Of a DNA stretch of 64,000 nt, positions 38,589-52,699 are shown piece by piece; within the stretch, counting starts at the first letter, position 1, and each line of letters starts with the position of its first letter. The position numbers and the translations under genes were made by a program. This DNA is from Daphnia carinata (taxonomy: Eukaryota): positions 6,882,001 through 6,946,000 of the forward strand of contig NC_081333.1 of the NCBI RefSeq assembly GCF_022539665.2, read 5' to 3'. Below the pieces are notes generated by a model, which was not told the origin of the DNA, ran no database searches, and worked only from the letters and a program-made list of their open reading frames with translations.

Positions 38589-40210
38589 TTTTGTGGTTAC
38601 AGACCGCGTCGGTTTCGACATTTCGTTTGCCTTTATTTTTAACCGTAAACGTAAGCACAGCCTCGAAATAAAGAAAGAAAGAAAAAAAAAACGTTAGCTG
38701 GGCGAAGAGGCGAAAGGAGAAAGGACACAAAATGGCCGACTTTTCGATGAGCGATGACTTACGAGGAAAAGGGAAACGAGCTCTTTTTTTGTTTGTTTCG
38801 ATATTCGACACCAAACGCTTAAAGAAAAAAAAAAAAATATAGAAGAACACGTTTTCTCTAATTTTGATCCATTTTGAAACAAGAAAACAAAAGAAAAACA
38901 AAAGGCGAGCTTCGTAGTTTAAAGGGAAAAACGGACCTTAGACAAATGACTGTGTGTTTAGCAGAGAGAGGGGGGGCTACCGGAATATACGGCTGATTAC
39001 AGCACATAGGCAAATGAGTTGAGGGGCATAAGTGTCGAAAAGAAGAAAGAAAAAAAAAAAAAAAAAAAGGTGAAAACGAAGGGGAAATTGGCTGTGAATG
39101 TTGTGGCCCGACGCAGCGGCGCCGACCTAAACAGCGCCCGTAACCGCTTGGCACGTTTGTGTGTGACCGAAATAATCATCCGTGCACCTCTAGCTGTCCC
39201 TATCCATTTCCTAAAAAAGGAAATAAATCATCAAAAAAGATGAGAGGGGAGGTAAAAAAAAAAAAAAATAAAAAAAAAAAAATGTTGATACCTTCACCAC
39301 AGCGGCTGACTTGTGTGTGTTGAGGCCCTCACAACCGAAACACGCCAAATGACGATCAAGTGGCGGCGACGCAATTGAGAAACGACGGTTTTCACGCGCG
39401 TTTCAAACTTTGTGTGCTACTTCATTTTTTTTTGTTTTTCTGTTTAGCTTTCAGAATTGTTTATCGTTTCAATTTTTGAAAGAGAACAAAAAAACAAAAA
39501 ATGATGTGCACCTCTTCTGCGTGTGTGTGTGTGTGTGTGGCTCGTCTTTGCAATCAATTCGTCATCGTATGTCCGACTAATCGGTGCCTCTGAACATTTA
39601 ACGCTAAATTACCGGGTGGCAATAATAACAGCGATGATGATAGCCTTTTATTTTTTTATTTTTTTCATGGATGATCAAGTCATTCGGACAACAAAGCTTT
39701 TAATAATGGCGTGTATAATTTAATATAAAAAACAACTGATTTCGGGACAGAACGGACTTGAAATATTCATTTGATCGTTAGTTATGTCTGTACTATTAAA
39801 TATCATTTAACGGGATATTGAAAATTGTTTTTGTTTTTTTATGTTCTTTTAAAAAATGTTAGATTGAAGATGTTTACCGACGGGAGCAAGTGGAACGTTT
39901 CAATCAGCGCCTGCGCGAATTCGAGGAGGACCAACGATATCGCAGCCACCACGTAGCAGCCGCCGTCGAACGCCAATCGCAATCCGAACACAATCCCGAC
40001 CTTGTTGATGTAAGTTTTATTTCTTTTAATTTTTGTCCTTTAGGCATTTTCCTGTTTCAGGGGCAAATCATTAAAAATAAAAATAAAAAATTTAAACCTG
40101 ATGATTTTTAAATGACTGGGTTATGATATGTAATGTACTAAACACGACGTTTCCATCTTTTCTAGGCGCGCAAGAAGATGGATCTGTCCGCCGGCCACGC
40201 CCCTCACTGA
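23875..40210 (+). CDS. CBFB: Core-binding factor beta subunit (Brother/Big brother orthologue; Runx partner), ~232 aa
   Basis: Exons 23875-24069, 26137-26223, 28226-28333, 37673-37789, 39863-40009, 40166-40210, all GT-AG and phase 0. ...VPRVVPDQKGRFESDELFRRLSRESE|VRYVGFRDRPMEERQMRFAAGCREGHAEI|AIVATGTNFQLVF...CDFDKEPGK|VHIKSRFILNGVCAKWRGWIDLDRLDGVGCVEFDEEAAR|IEDVYRREQ... is clearly CBF-beta. The start ATG (several in-frame Met) and the last exon are less certain. Confidence 0.96.
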
Positions 40211-43200
40211 GTACATTAACACCATCGGAGTATTTCACAAACCAGAACATCCGCCGATTCTGTTTGCGTCCCCATTTTTTTTTTTTTGTTCAAAATTATT
40301 TCGTCTTTCCACATCAATTGTCTCAACCAATCAACAGTTACGTTTCAGTGTCTATAACAGGTTGAAATAATTCGGCTTGTTTTTTATTCGCTACGATTGA
40401 GAAACGAAATGTTTTTTTTTTTTTCGTTTCTTTTGTGTTTCATTGCATGATAATGATATATCATATATACGCAAGCGATTCGGACCGCTAGTCAGGTCAC
40501 ACTTGAATAATGTTTCACACGCCGCGATGATATTTTGCGTGTGGGTTTCTCTCTATTTTTCTCCAGTCTGAATATTTTTTTTTTTTTTCCGTGTTCTTTT
40601 TTTTTTTTTCTGGAATTTTCCTTTTGTCCAAACAAAAAGAAAAAAGAGATCGCGTGTAGAGCGTGTTTTCGTTTGATTCTCAATTGAGATCGGAAATTAG
40701 TTTTAAATTTTTTTTCCCTATTTAAATTTTTGAAATAGAATGACAATTTCGAACGAGGTTTTTAGAATACAGTTGAAAAACATAATTTTTTATACATAAA
40801 CTGTTTTGATTTTTCGAAAAAAAAAAAGAAAAGAAATAGGCTTTGAAATGATTCGTGTGAATTTGATCGAAATCGAAACAGAAAATTGGCTAAAATTATT
40901 TGTAAACTATAAATGAATTGGATTTTTTTTATTTTTTTATTTTTTTTTTTGAATTCGGCTTTTTGTGTAAAAACAAAAAATCAACAAAACACAGGCGTTA
41001 AAGTTCCTCTCATCCTTTTTATTTCATCCGGAGTGTAGAACATAATCAAAGGTGAAAATCACGAAACAAAACTCCTCCTCCATCATTTCATCCCCTCCCA
41101 TTTAGACCACCTCAACGTTATTATTTACACACACACACACACCCACAAATAATTGTTCTTTGTGTCCTTTCATCTATTTCTGTTAGTTAACTTCTAATTT
41201 GTTTTTTTTTTTTATTGTGGGAGGAGAAGGGGTTTCTTCACGACGTACTGAAATGTTCCCAACAGAAAAGTTCGAGACACCCGTCATAATTTTTTTGCAT
41301 AATGAAAATGCACGCACGATTGGGTGGTTGGGTCGTGTCCAATCATTCGGTTATTTTTGCAATAGCAATCCTGTTGTCGTGCGTGTGAACTGATTTCGCT
41401 GTTTGTTTCTTTTGTTCGCGTCTTGTTGTACAGTGTACGTGTGTGTGTGTGTGTGTATGTATCTGTGTGGCGTCCACATCCAAATATACCGTATATCATA
41501 TACACATGACGTTCATTTTTTATTCACGTTTCGTTAATTCATTTTAGTTTCGCAAATCCCTATGTCTAAAATTAAACGATCTTTTAAAATCTATCCTAAA
41601 CTAAAGCAAATTTGAATTGCTCTTGAATTTGGCCTGTACGCACAACATCAGAATACCCATAAAAAAGAAATGGATTTACATGAAACGTTGGATACTAAAA
41701 AATAAAATAAAATGGATGGTTATCGAATATCGTCCGGCTGTCGGATCGGCTAAAGAGACACTCAAGTGATGCTTTTGTATTTTATCCTGTTTTTTTTTTC
41801 TTTCTTTCTTTTTTTTTCCTGCAAACGATCCGATGCGCAACGGACGTCTATGCGCAGACTGACAATTGCGCCACAATGTCTAACAACTTAAACGTTCTGA
41901 TACCTACAGAAAGTTAGACGATCCGTTTTATTTATTTTTTTTTTTTTTCTTGGAGACATAGAAAAAAATAAATAAGAAAATTTGTGTGTTGTATAATTGA
42001 CCGGATTTCTTCAGTTTATTGTTATACCTTCCTCCTTTTTTTTTTGTTATTGTCGAATGGCGTCTGCATTTCCCTTCTTTCTTCACACTGCGCTTCCGGC
42101 TAACTATACCGGCTACTTGGTGTATTTATATTCTTACGCCAAATAAATCGATGTCTGTTTTTTTTTTTTTTCTTTTTTCTCTTCTCTTTTATTCACAATG
42201 TAGCTTCTCTTCTTTCGTCTATTTTTTTTTTCCTTCACCTTCCAGTTTAGAGTCGTCTGGTTCGCGTTCCATGGCGACATCCGAAAATTGACAGGGGATT
42301 TGTTTTCTTGTGATTTCGCGCCGTTCGGTTGAATGTCCCAAGTCACCGGATACGTATTTTCGGATGCCCTGCAGGTTGGACCCTCTTTTTATTTTATTTT
42401 TTAACGTTAGAACTTCCCCCTGGAACGTTGTTGTTACCTAACAGCAGCGAGAAAGCAAAAAAAAAAATAAGCAGAGAATCGCACAGCACGGGGTCAACAT
42501 TTTGCGTTCGTTGACTTTCTTTTCTTAACTTTTTTGATGTTCAATAGCAACACATCATCACTGCGTTTGATTAAAAACGTTGGGAAAAAGTATGACCCCC
42601 TCTAACCGGGTGTTGAAAAAGAAAAGAAAAAATGATATTTCAAAGGAAGAAGCAACAAAAGACGGACACCCAATCAATAACCGCGCCTCCTTTTTCCCAA
42701 TGCAACATGCACATGTAACAGTCAAATAAATAATAATAATAATAATAAAAAAAAGGGCCAGGACTAGCATTTAAAAAAGGGGAGGAAAGGCTAAATGGAA
42801 GGAAAAGTGCGAACGACGAAAGACGTGGACGATTTGACTTTGATTTACCCCCCTCTGAAAAAATATTTTCATAATAACACGTTTACACATCATAGCCTTC
42901 CGCGTATTGGAGAAAAGAATCACACCTTTCACAGATGCCTATGTTGTTATTCAGAGATAAAAAAAAAAAAAAAAAAAGAGACGACCCCCATCGTGAACCT
43001 AATGACCTCCCGCTGTTCTTGGACACCCCGTCGCCTCGCATCTCTTTTGTATCTTTCTCAAACAACTTATGTTTTCTTTTCCTATTTGATTTTGATGTTG
43101 TTTAGGAATCCCAAAAGATGACAATCAATAAGGAAAATGCAACGCAACTGTGTAACAACCGTAAATCTCATTGAATACAGAAGCCGTTGAGAACTTTGAA

Positions 43201-45528
43201 TGATGCAACACTTTCAAGTGTCCATCTTGCTACTCTCGTCAACTCGCATAATGTATACACAACAACATTCACGTTCGTATCTTTTTTCAAAGCTGAGCCC
43301 ATTCACAAAAAAAACAAAAAAAAAATTCCAGGTGATAGGCCCAGTTGATACATCCGATGACCGGGGCCTAAAAGAATGTTGATCCTATCTCTGATGCTGG
43401 CAAAGTATTTTCTTTTGATGTGTTACAAGAAAATAAAAAGGGAAATCTACACGATCATCCGGATGTAATGGGGTTCAGGGACTTGTCCACATTGTCCAGT
43501 GGCCATATGATACGCTTCTTTTTTTTCTATTTTGGAAGCTCCCAGAGAGTCTCTTAACTAGGATACAACGCTGATCCATTGGAACCCATTTTAACGTGTG
43601 TACATCAACAAACACGTTTTACTCTCTGCTACTACCAACACACACACAAAAAAGAGAAGTTGGGAATGGACGATGGATGGAAAAATGAAAAGGAGAGGGG
43701 ATCGAAAGTTGGAGGGGTTGCAAAGTTGAAGAGTCTTTTATCAAGATATCAAAGCCGAAAGCTCTTTGTTGTACTTCAACGTCGTCCTATACAATATGAG
43801 CAAGAACATTGCAGCTCAATAGTACACACACATACACACACACACCCAGTGTGTATGCCTTTCCCTTTTTATCGAACGCACCCTCTCCTTATGAGTTGGG
43901 GAAGGCCAAAATATATATACAGACAGAGCCCACTGGTGTGTGTGTTCTTTGTCGCCATTTAACCTTGTGACACGGGCGTTGTAGTAATCACAAAAACGGA
44001 TTGACGACCAGCCCCCCCCCCCCTCTTTCCTTTCTCCCTTTAGATAGAAAAAAAAAAAAAAAGGGGACGCGCCTACTATAAACTCTCTGCTGATTACATT
44101 AGATGTGAAGCAAGCAGTCAGCTATTTTTTTTTTTTTTCATGGGTGGACAATAGTTCTAAATGGATGTCCAGCAAAGGAGACATTCCACACTGGCGGCCA
44201 AGCGAGCGGAACAAAAAAAAAAAAAAAAAAAAAAACTGACGAAAACATTTTATTTAATTTTTTTTTTTAAAGAGGAAGAATTTCTATATGTTGGATGCCA
44301 TCACACATCATCGAGCTGAAAAGTTGACATCATGTCCGTCGCTGTTTAAAATCCATTAAGATTCCGGATGGTATTATAGCGATAGAAACTCTGCTGTTAC
44401 GTACAGTATATACATATGTATAAAAGGCTATACACTACAACCACCCACTCCTTCTAAGGTACATATATATATATATATATTAGATATGGGGCGTGTTAGA
44501 AAAGAAGTGGGGGGGGGGACATCATCCGTTTGTCACAGTTTCAACGACGTAGGATATATGTACTATACATATAGTGTATATACTCAAAAAGATCGAGTGT
44601 CACTTGTTAGGCCTGTTACACTATATCCCAGTGCAACATAATAACACTTTGGGCTTTATATAGAACTGGTAGTTAACATCTATACAAAGTACTTATAGTA
44701 TTGAATATCTCTCGTACCTTCGTACTGGAAAAAAAAGAGATGTGTGTATACACCGGTAGTGATGATAACGATGTTTGTGTTGTATATATATGCCGAGCGG
44801 ATTATAAACATAGAAAAGAAAAAAAAATCAAATGAAATTCATCTAGTGAATACAACAGAGGCTGATCGATAGCTATCAGATTCGGCTGGCTCTTCTTCTT
44901 TTTTATACCGTCGAAAAAGGGACGATGGGAAATGATATAATAGCCGTATAGACCTTGCTCCATGTATTTACCGCCGTGATGTTTGTTGAAAGAGAAAAGA
45001 ACAAAAATAAATACCTCTAACGATATACAGATCAGATAAACAAAACTGAACGGATTTCATTCCTCCTTCATTCTGATGCGCTTTTCTTTCCCTCTTGGCC
45101 TTCCCTTCTCCTCTCTATTGTACGTCATCAAACTGAAGAAGGGTGAGTTTTTATATGTGTGTGTATATATATATATATATATATAGGCAGCCAAAGGAGA
45201 AAAAAAAAACGCTATATCGACAAACAGCAGACACACATCACCGCCCTTCTTTTTTGTCACGATTTAGATTTAAATTCTTTTATTTAGATATACGGGCGTG
45301 CGGAGCCTGTGTTGTTGATGTTTGAATATTTTAACGAGCGCGCGTTTTTTTCTATATGCGCGACTCTTTTTTTTTTTTTTTTTCTTTTCTCTGCTGCGCG
45401 TGTGTGTGTGTGTAGCCTATAGCTATCCGTGTCCAACCAAACTGTGCTGCTAACATCTACCGTAACATTAGCAACGCTTGTCACGTACACACACAGCACA
45501 GTTTCCTGGGCTTCTATACAGCCCAGCA

Positions 45529-45559
<31 letters not shown>

Positions 45560-48500
45560 CTCTGCTGTGATGCGCCTGCTTCGCTCACCTTCTGATCGGA
45601 ACGTTTCGAATATTATTTACACGTCGGACAAACCAGCATTATCAGGACTAGTTTGGGGGGAGGAGAAACATGACCAGACCAGCAAGCGAGCAAGCAAGTA
45701 GTTCTTTTTCTTCGTCTTCTTTCCTATACTGTTGTCGCTGTCCTATGCTCCTGATGGCCCATCCTTATGCAAATGAAATGGTTGCCTTTCGAAGTTGGGA
45801 GAACGCTGCCATCATCAACATCGGATCTATCTTTCTTCTAACTTTTTGTTTTTGTTTTTGTTTTTGTTTTCTTTTTCTTTTTCTTTTTTTTTTTTATTTT
45901 TATAAATACACAAAACAAAAGAGACGACAGGGATATTTTACATAATAGGAATCAACAAAAGATTTCTCTTCTTCTTCTTCTTTTCCTATACCAGATTATT
46001 ATTCTACGGCATGTATAATGCAGCCTATTATTACTATTAATATTATAGTCCCCTATATAGGCCTTTACCAACAAATATACACAAGACTTTTTTTTTTTTT
46101 TTTTTTTAATGTTTCATAACTGTGAATGTGAAAGATCGGGAAGAATAACGTTTTCAGCAGCAATGAAATGAAAAATGATTTATGTATTTTTATTTGTTCG
46201 TGAGAATATATATATATTTTTTTTTCAATCATCACCGGATGTAGCAGACAACAGTACGGACGTAAAAAGGATGTGAACGATCGATCGGTATTGAATAATA
46301 AAAAAAAAAAAAAGCGTATTTTTTTTTTACGATTTTTCAATTACGTCAGTCAGTATAGAATGATATCAATATATAGGCCACCCTATTAATAAATGTAGGC
46401 TGCGCCTCTGTTGTTATTTGCTGACGCGCACAAAAGATTTTCTTTCTTTTTTTTTTAGCTTCCATTTTGATCATGGCAGAGTTTGCCTCAATCAATAGAT
46501 ATAAATGTTGCACGGACGAATGAACCGAGCTGCTCGATGCGTCAATATATATACGGACAACTTATCAATGATTTACGCACAGAGAATATGTATCTATATA
46601 TCAAAGCTATTGTATCGAATGGTTCAGGCCCCCCTTCCTTTTTATTTTTGTACCCCCCCTCCCTCTTCGTCTCTTCACAATCCAGCGGATCGTCGTAAAA
46701 TTGTGTATACCTGACTGTCTATAATGCCACGCAGATGTAAGTTGTCCTATACATTTACACGTAATATAAATATATCAATCCATATACGTATAAGCTTTAT
46801 TTACCTTGATTCAAATTGATTTGTGTTGCCTCTGTGTTTTGCTTATGTTGGCACCCGGATTTTAATCAATTCGATCCACCAATATTATGTGAGTATTTAA
46901 TCAGTCATGAATTTAGAAAGCCCATCTTTTTTTTTAACTGGCAAAAAAAAAATTAAATAAATAAAACTTTTCAAAATAGTATTAATAATCTGATTTATAG
47001 GACGCCATAGATTTCTAACGTATGACCGAGCTTCGATACAAACGAATTGTTATACGCACAAGGTAAGAATAAAAACCAACTCGGCGAGGATAGAAATCAA
47101 ATATCCGGTTGGATATGTTTTGTATTGTCAAAAATAAATGTAGGCCCTCTTTGATATAACTAGGGGCATCCGAACTGTTAAGGCCTTTCGTCATTTTTTT
47201 TTCTCTCTGTCGTTGAAATATGAAGAAAAATAATAATAAAAAAAAAAAAAAATCAAAAGGTAGTTATACACAAAGCTCCTTTTTTTTTTTTCTTCTTCTT
47301 TTTCTTTTTTTTTTGTGTAGCTTTTTTAGACGTGCCGTTTCACTCCCCTCTTCCTTATGGTTGTCAGTTGGTCTCTCTCTCTCTCTCTCTCTCTCGCAGC
47401 GGGATCACACGCCGCCATATCCATCCGCTATTGAATTTTTTTCTATTGCACAGTTGACGCGCCCCCCTCTCTGTAAACTAGATTCCCCCCCGTCCTCACT
47501 ACAACCCCCTCCTTCTATCCCTTATATGAAATCGTGTTTTTGACAATTCACTCTTTTCGAGTGCACTCAGCGGCAAGTCAAGCTGTCAACAATTTATACA
47601 GCAGCATCTATATATCTCAATACAGACGTCCTCATACACACACGCACAGACATATATATATATATATATATATATTTTAAATAATAAATATCGAATAATA
47701 CACGTCAAAGGAGAAAAAAAAGGAACTATTTCTCCCCTCCACTCACTTGATGTGTGAATAAAGAAATCTTTTGCCTTTTTTTTTTATGAATAACAAGAAC
47801 GTTGGAACTGTGACTTTTCCCGTGCTTTTCTTTTTCTTTTTTTTTTTTTTTTTGATGTATAGAAGAACTCTAGCATTTTTTATTGTAGAGATGTCAACAT
47901 CTTAACAAGACAATAAATAGAATTTTCGGAAGGAAGTCAAAGTGGAATGTGACGCGTTTCCTGAGAAAGTGGGGGGGGGGGATATGTCACTGATTTTCTC
48001 AACTGATAGTGGACGTGAATCGAAGAAAAAGCGCGGGGCATCCGAGCATTGAAATTCCGTTCTTCGTAATAACAACAAGAAATTGTCGCGTCATTGACAG
48101 TCAACTGGGCCAAACATTTGATTGCAAATTCCGATAACAACAGACGGTATTCTTTGTACGCAATACGTACAAGACCGTTGCGCGCAATAAGGATGAGTGC
48201 GCTATATCATCGCCCCCTTTTTTTTTGTTCCCCGTCTATTGTATTGAAACTAACACATCAGCCTTCCATCTTTTTTGCCCTTCTGTCTGGCCTCAATATG
48301 ACATTGTACACTTTTTATTTATTTCTCTTATATACGTCATCGTTTGAAAAGAGTTTCTACGCTAACGCGTCGATATGTGCGACATAGAATAGGATCGCAC
48401 AGCGAACCGAATAATAATTCTGTCATCATCGTCGACGTCACGCGCAGTCCATTCTCATCATTATCTTCCCCAACGTTTTGACTATTACAGAGAGAGCTCG

Positions 48501-51500
48501 TCTATAATGTAGGATAACCGTTTCAACAGTGATTGACAGTGTGACGCAAAAAGGACTCCCCGTCGGCTGTCTGGAACAACGACGGGTACATCTGCTGGCG
48601 CATGAAGCTCGCGTCCTTCATTGATCGCCTTAACGCGAGCAAGGTGTCATCATTATTGCGCATATTTCGATATTATGTATATTAAAATATAGTCCGACGG
48701 GCTTGGCTTGCTCTTAATGATGAAAATTCAGAAACACACATGGCATGCGATGGGGGGGGGGGGCGGGCGTTTGATGGAGGCTAGTGGTAATTAGACATTG
48801 CATTTCTTATTATGGCAGAGAAGCCTCGTATAAGAAATTCTCGGATTACATTGCGTAGCGGTTTTTATATTTTTATTTTTATTTTTTTTTTTAGATGATA
48901 GACTTATACGCAATTCACAGTGTTTTCTGGGACCTCAACTCGAAATTTCCCATCATCAGCAGCGGTTCGCCGCAGCGACTATATCTAGTGTGGTTCCGCT
49001 TCAATCTATTGCTGGGTTGCGGTGGTGATGGTTTTAGGTGTAACGGCCACACGAAACCTATACACCAAGTCGATCGGCTCTATTAGACGTGTAATTATTA
49101 AACAATCAAAAACACTCAATCATTTCCTTTTTTCAACGTGTACATCCTTGTGAAATGATGAAGACAGATGATTATAAATACGGCGTTGACTTCGAAAAAA
49201 TTCGTCTACTCCAATTGGAGGACATCAACAGCTGCGAGTGAAGGAAATTCGGTTAGTGGGTGGAGATTGTTGGCATCACGTGAAAGAAAATTGAAACACG
49301 GAAGAGACATTCAAATGTTTTATTTTTTATTTTTTTTTTCCTGTTTTTCCGGGCATGGAAATAATAGGAGGGCTTCTTCTTTTCACAATTGATCGGCGGC
49401 ATCGTACAGAATAAGTGATTAGACAAAAGAGCCGGGCAACAGCACGCGCTGGCCTGATACGATAGCTGCTGCAACATAAAAGCGCTGACACGCACAAAAG
49501 GATCCCCCCCCCCCTCTCTCTTAAAAAAAAAAAGAAAACCTTTATTTATATATATTTTTTTTCACTTGACATTTTATGTATAATATGTGATGATGGGAAG
49601 CTTTTCATTTCGTCAGATCGAGATGCTGCCACCCGCTCTTGATGGATGGCTTTTCTTTTTCGACTCTCTCACCCCGTCGAGCTTACCCCCTGGTGATGAC
49701 CCACGTCGACCTGTGCCGCCTCATTATTTCTGCTGTTGCCTATATTAACAGGCGCTTCCATAGTTTGCCTACCCCTCCGTCTGTCTCTCTGGAACGGACG
49801 GGAAAAAAAAGGGACGGCTTGCTTATTTTTTTTTTTTTTTTAAAGAGAAACATCCGACATCATTTTGCATTTTGATTGTTAAACGATATTCGCCCATCTC
49901 TTGTTTGATAGCCCCAACTTTTTTTGTATGTACCATTAGGCCGGTCTCACTGGACTGGTATTAGGTAACCTTTCCCTTTGATATATCTGTATATAAAAAA
50001 AAATAGAATTGGGTAACAGCTGGCTGGTCATCAACGAAGGGCCAACTCTCAGCAGTCCTATGTTTATTGCTTTGCTCGCTCAGTGCTGTAATCATGTAGC
50101 TACATTACTCTGTGTACATTGATATTCAATTTGTGTGTGTGTGTGTCCACCGTGTAATAGAGTCATCGCTAGACCGGCTGGCTGAGAGGGACACCCCAAA
50201 AAAATTTAGTGTCTCTACGATGCCGTTGAGAGTTCCAGAATTCAATAGGAGAAGCTGCGCGTTCGATAACAGGCAGCAGAGAAAACGGCAAAATAAGCTT
50301 CTCTATGTTCTGCACTTGCGCCAAGCTACGGATAGCGAGAGAGAGAGAGAAGGGGGAGTGATAAGGGCGGAGGTGTCGATTCCGTCCGATTAATCCGTCA
50401 GAAAAAAATAAAATAAAATAAAAGACGAACGAACAACATGAGCTAAGAGATGAACGTACTTGCAACCCCTTTTCGCAGCTGAAAATCCTGTTCTCTGTAT
50501 CTGCTTTCAATACACATCCATTCAAAGTCAATAAGCCGTGTCGACAAAGCTGCTAAAGCAAGTGGCCCTCTACTTTTCGCTGTTCTGAAAGCCCCTCGTA
50601 GTCTAAGCTTCCACCCTAAGCGAAACCGTCCCCCCCACCCACCCATTGCCCATCAGAATTCCATTAATCACGTCCAAGAATCGTTCAACGTTTGCACGCG
50701 CCTGAAATGTTGTGATTGAATTGCCCCATCACCCGCCTTTGGCTGCTCTTTTCCCATCGCGCAATACGTTTCCAAAAAAAAAAAAAAAAAAAAGGGGAAA
50801 CTGGAAAATAAAATAAATTAAATAAACGCGAAATTTCCATGTATTTATAGTTTGCTGAGGGAAGGTTAAAGCTTGACCTGAAACATCATCCATATGTAAA
50901 TGTTGTAATGGGATGTAATCTGTCTTTGAAAAGAAAAAAAACGTCGGTTGTATCCCCCTTGCAGACCTTTAGTGAGAGATCGCCGCTCTATTCCTCTTGC
51001 TTGTTGTATATTTAGCCTTTTTTATTTTATTTTTTCGAGTACAATTTCACACACACGCACATACTACACACTTGTACTATACTAGCTTAGTTGTGCTATA
51101 TATATATACGCTGTTTGATGGGCTATAATGTAATAACTAACAAGCTTTGAGGGAGCCATCTGATGAGAGAAGCTGTTTGTTTTTCTCATGGGGGATTTTT
51201 GGATCAAAATGCTGTGGCACGTTGTGGCTGTTAGTTTAGGGGGTACAACAATATTTCCACACACATGAGCTGCAATAATCACGAGAGAAAAATACCCGAA
51301 CAGAGCCATCACCTTTGGGAAATGTTGCTCAACAGCCAAAAGCTGTTTTGTTAACACACGTACGTGACAAACAAGAATAGCACGTATTATCTCAAATATC
51401 TATATCAGTTCACTGGGGTTCCTTTTTTTTATTAACAATTTGAAAAAAAAAGAAGAAGCGGGAAAAAGAAATTAGCTCGACAGTTTGAAACGAAAAGGCA

Positions 51501-52699
51501 CCGTGTCTATTTATAAAAATCAAAAGTGGGCTACTACCAACTGCCGCCCAGCAGGCCACAACGCCTGCGAATTGATAAAAATACTCACTCCTCATTCTAA
51601 GACACACAAGAGTTCATTCTCTTTCTATCTTCTTTTTGTGTGTGTGTGTGTGTGTGTGTATTCTTCTTTTTATATTTTCTTTCTATGAGCTTCCTCTTTT
51701 TTTTTTCTTTCTATCCGGCCCGTTGGCTGCCACTTCTGTACACGTCTATTTAGCAGAAGTTGAGCCTGAGAGACCCGGCGCAGTGGATGCGTGTAACAGC
51801 TACAATTTCAAGCGCACATCATCTGTAGACATTCTCTTCGTTTGCCTCGTCATTGAGCTCATCTTCTTTTGTTTTTTGTTTTGTTTTTCTTTTTTGTTGT
51901 TTTATTTTTTTTTTGTTTAGAAAAACAACACGCTGTAATATGCGTGTTAAGTGAAGCTGTTATTACAAGGCAGGGGCTGTTAGCCTAGTACATTACAAGA
52001 GTGCTCACATTTCAGATAAAACTTTAATATATTTTTTTTTGTATCATCTCGGTTTTCTTTTGCGTGCGGTGTGCTGTGCGTAACGTTATATTACATAACA
52101 CAGTGCTGTATAGGAAGAAGCCGCGAAAAATTTTCTGGTCTGGCGGTCGACCCGTCCCGCAAACCTACCGTTTTTCTGGTAAATTATAATTTTACTTTCT
52201 TTCTTTTTTTTTTTCACCAAAAATTATGAATTTGTGGCTGTTAAAGCTGTTGTCTGCGTGTTTGCGTGAACTCTCGCGTTTTTTTATTTGAAATAGGCCG
52301 GCTGTGAAACTGTGGCCTCTTAAAAACACGGTGCATAACACCAAGATTCAACGAGCGTTATGTATACCTGTGTAATCAACGGTTGAGAATGATTAACAGC
52401 ACAAAAGTCTTGTTTTATTTTTGTACCCAGTGATACGGCAGTTAAAAGAACTTTTGGCTCTGATTTCATTTTGACGTGACAACCAAAAAGTTCAACGAAA
52501 AAAAATATTCAGGCCATATACTAATTTCGAGTTTTTTAAATACATTCGTTCCGCTTCCTAATTCCACCATGTATATGCGAGCACAGTTAGGCCTAGTAGA
52601 TTAAGATCATCATCGTTTAAAACAACAGAAAATGCTGATAAACTTTTCTTTTAATTGACAGTACGAGAAACCAATTGCAATCGGGAAGATCTGTAAATA

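Noticed and set aside
22000..39000. Runx sites (TGTGGT/ACCACA) as CBF-beta autoregulation
   Set aside because: The few scattered hits are about what chance would give; no cluster.
13400..52600. Many 60-220 aa ORFs rich in K, F, or alternating C/V and H/T
   Set aside because: These are translations of A/T homopolymers and CA repeats with no coding signal. Only the CBF-beta exons are real.
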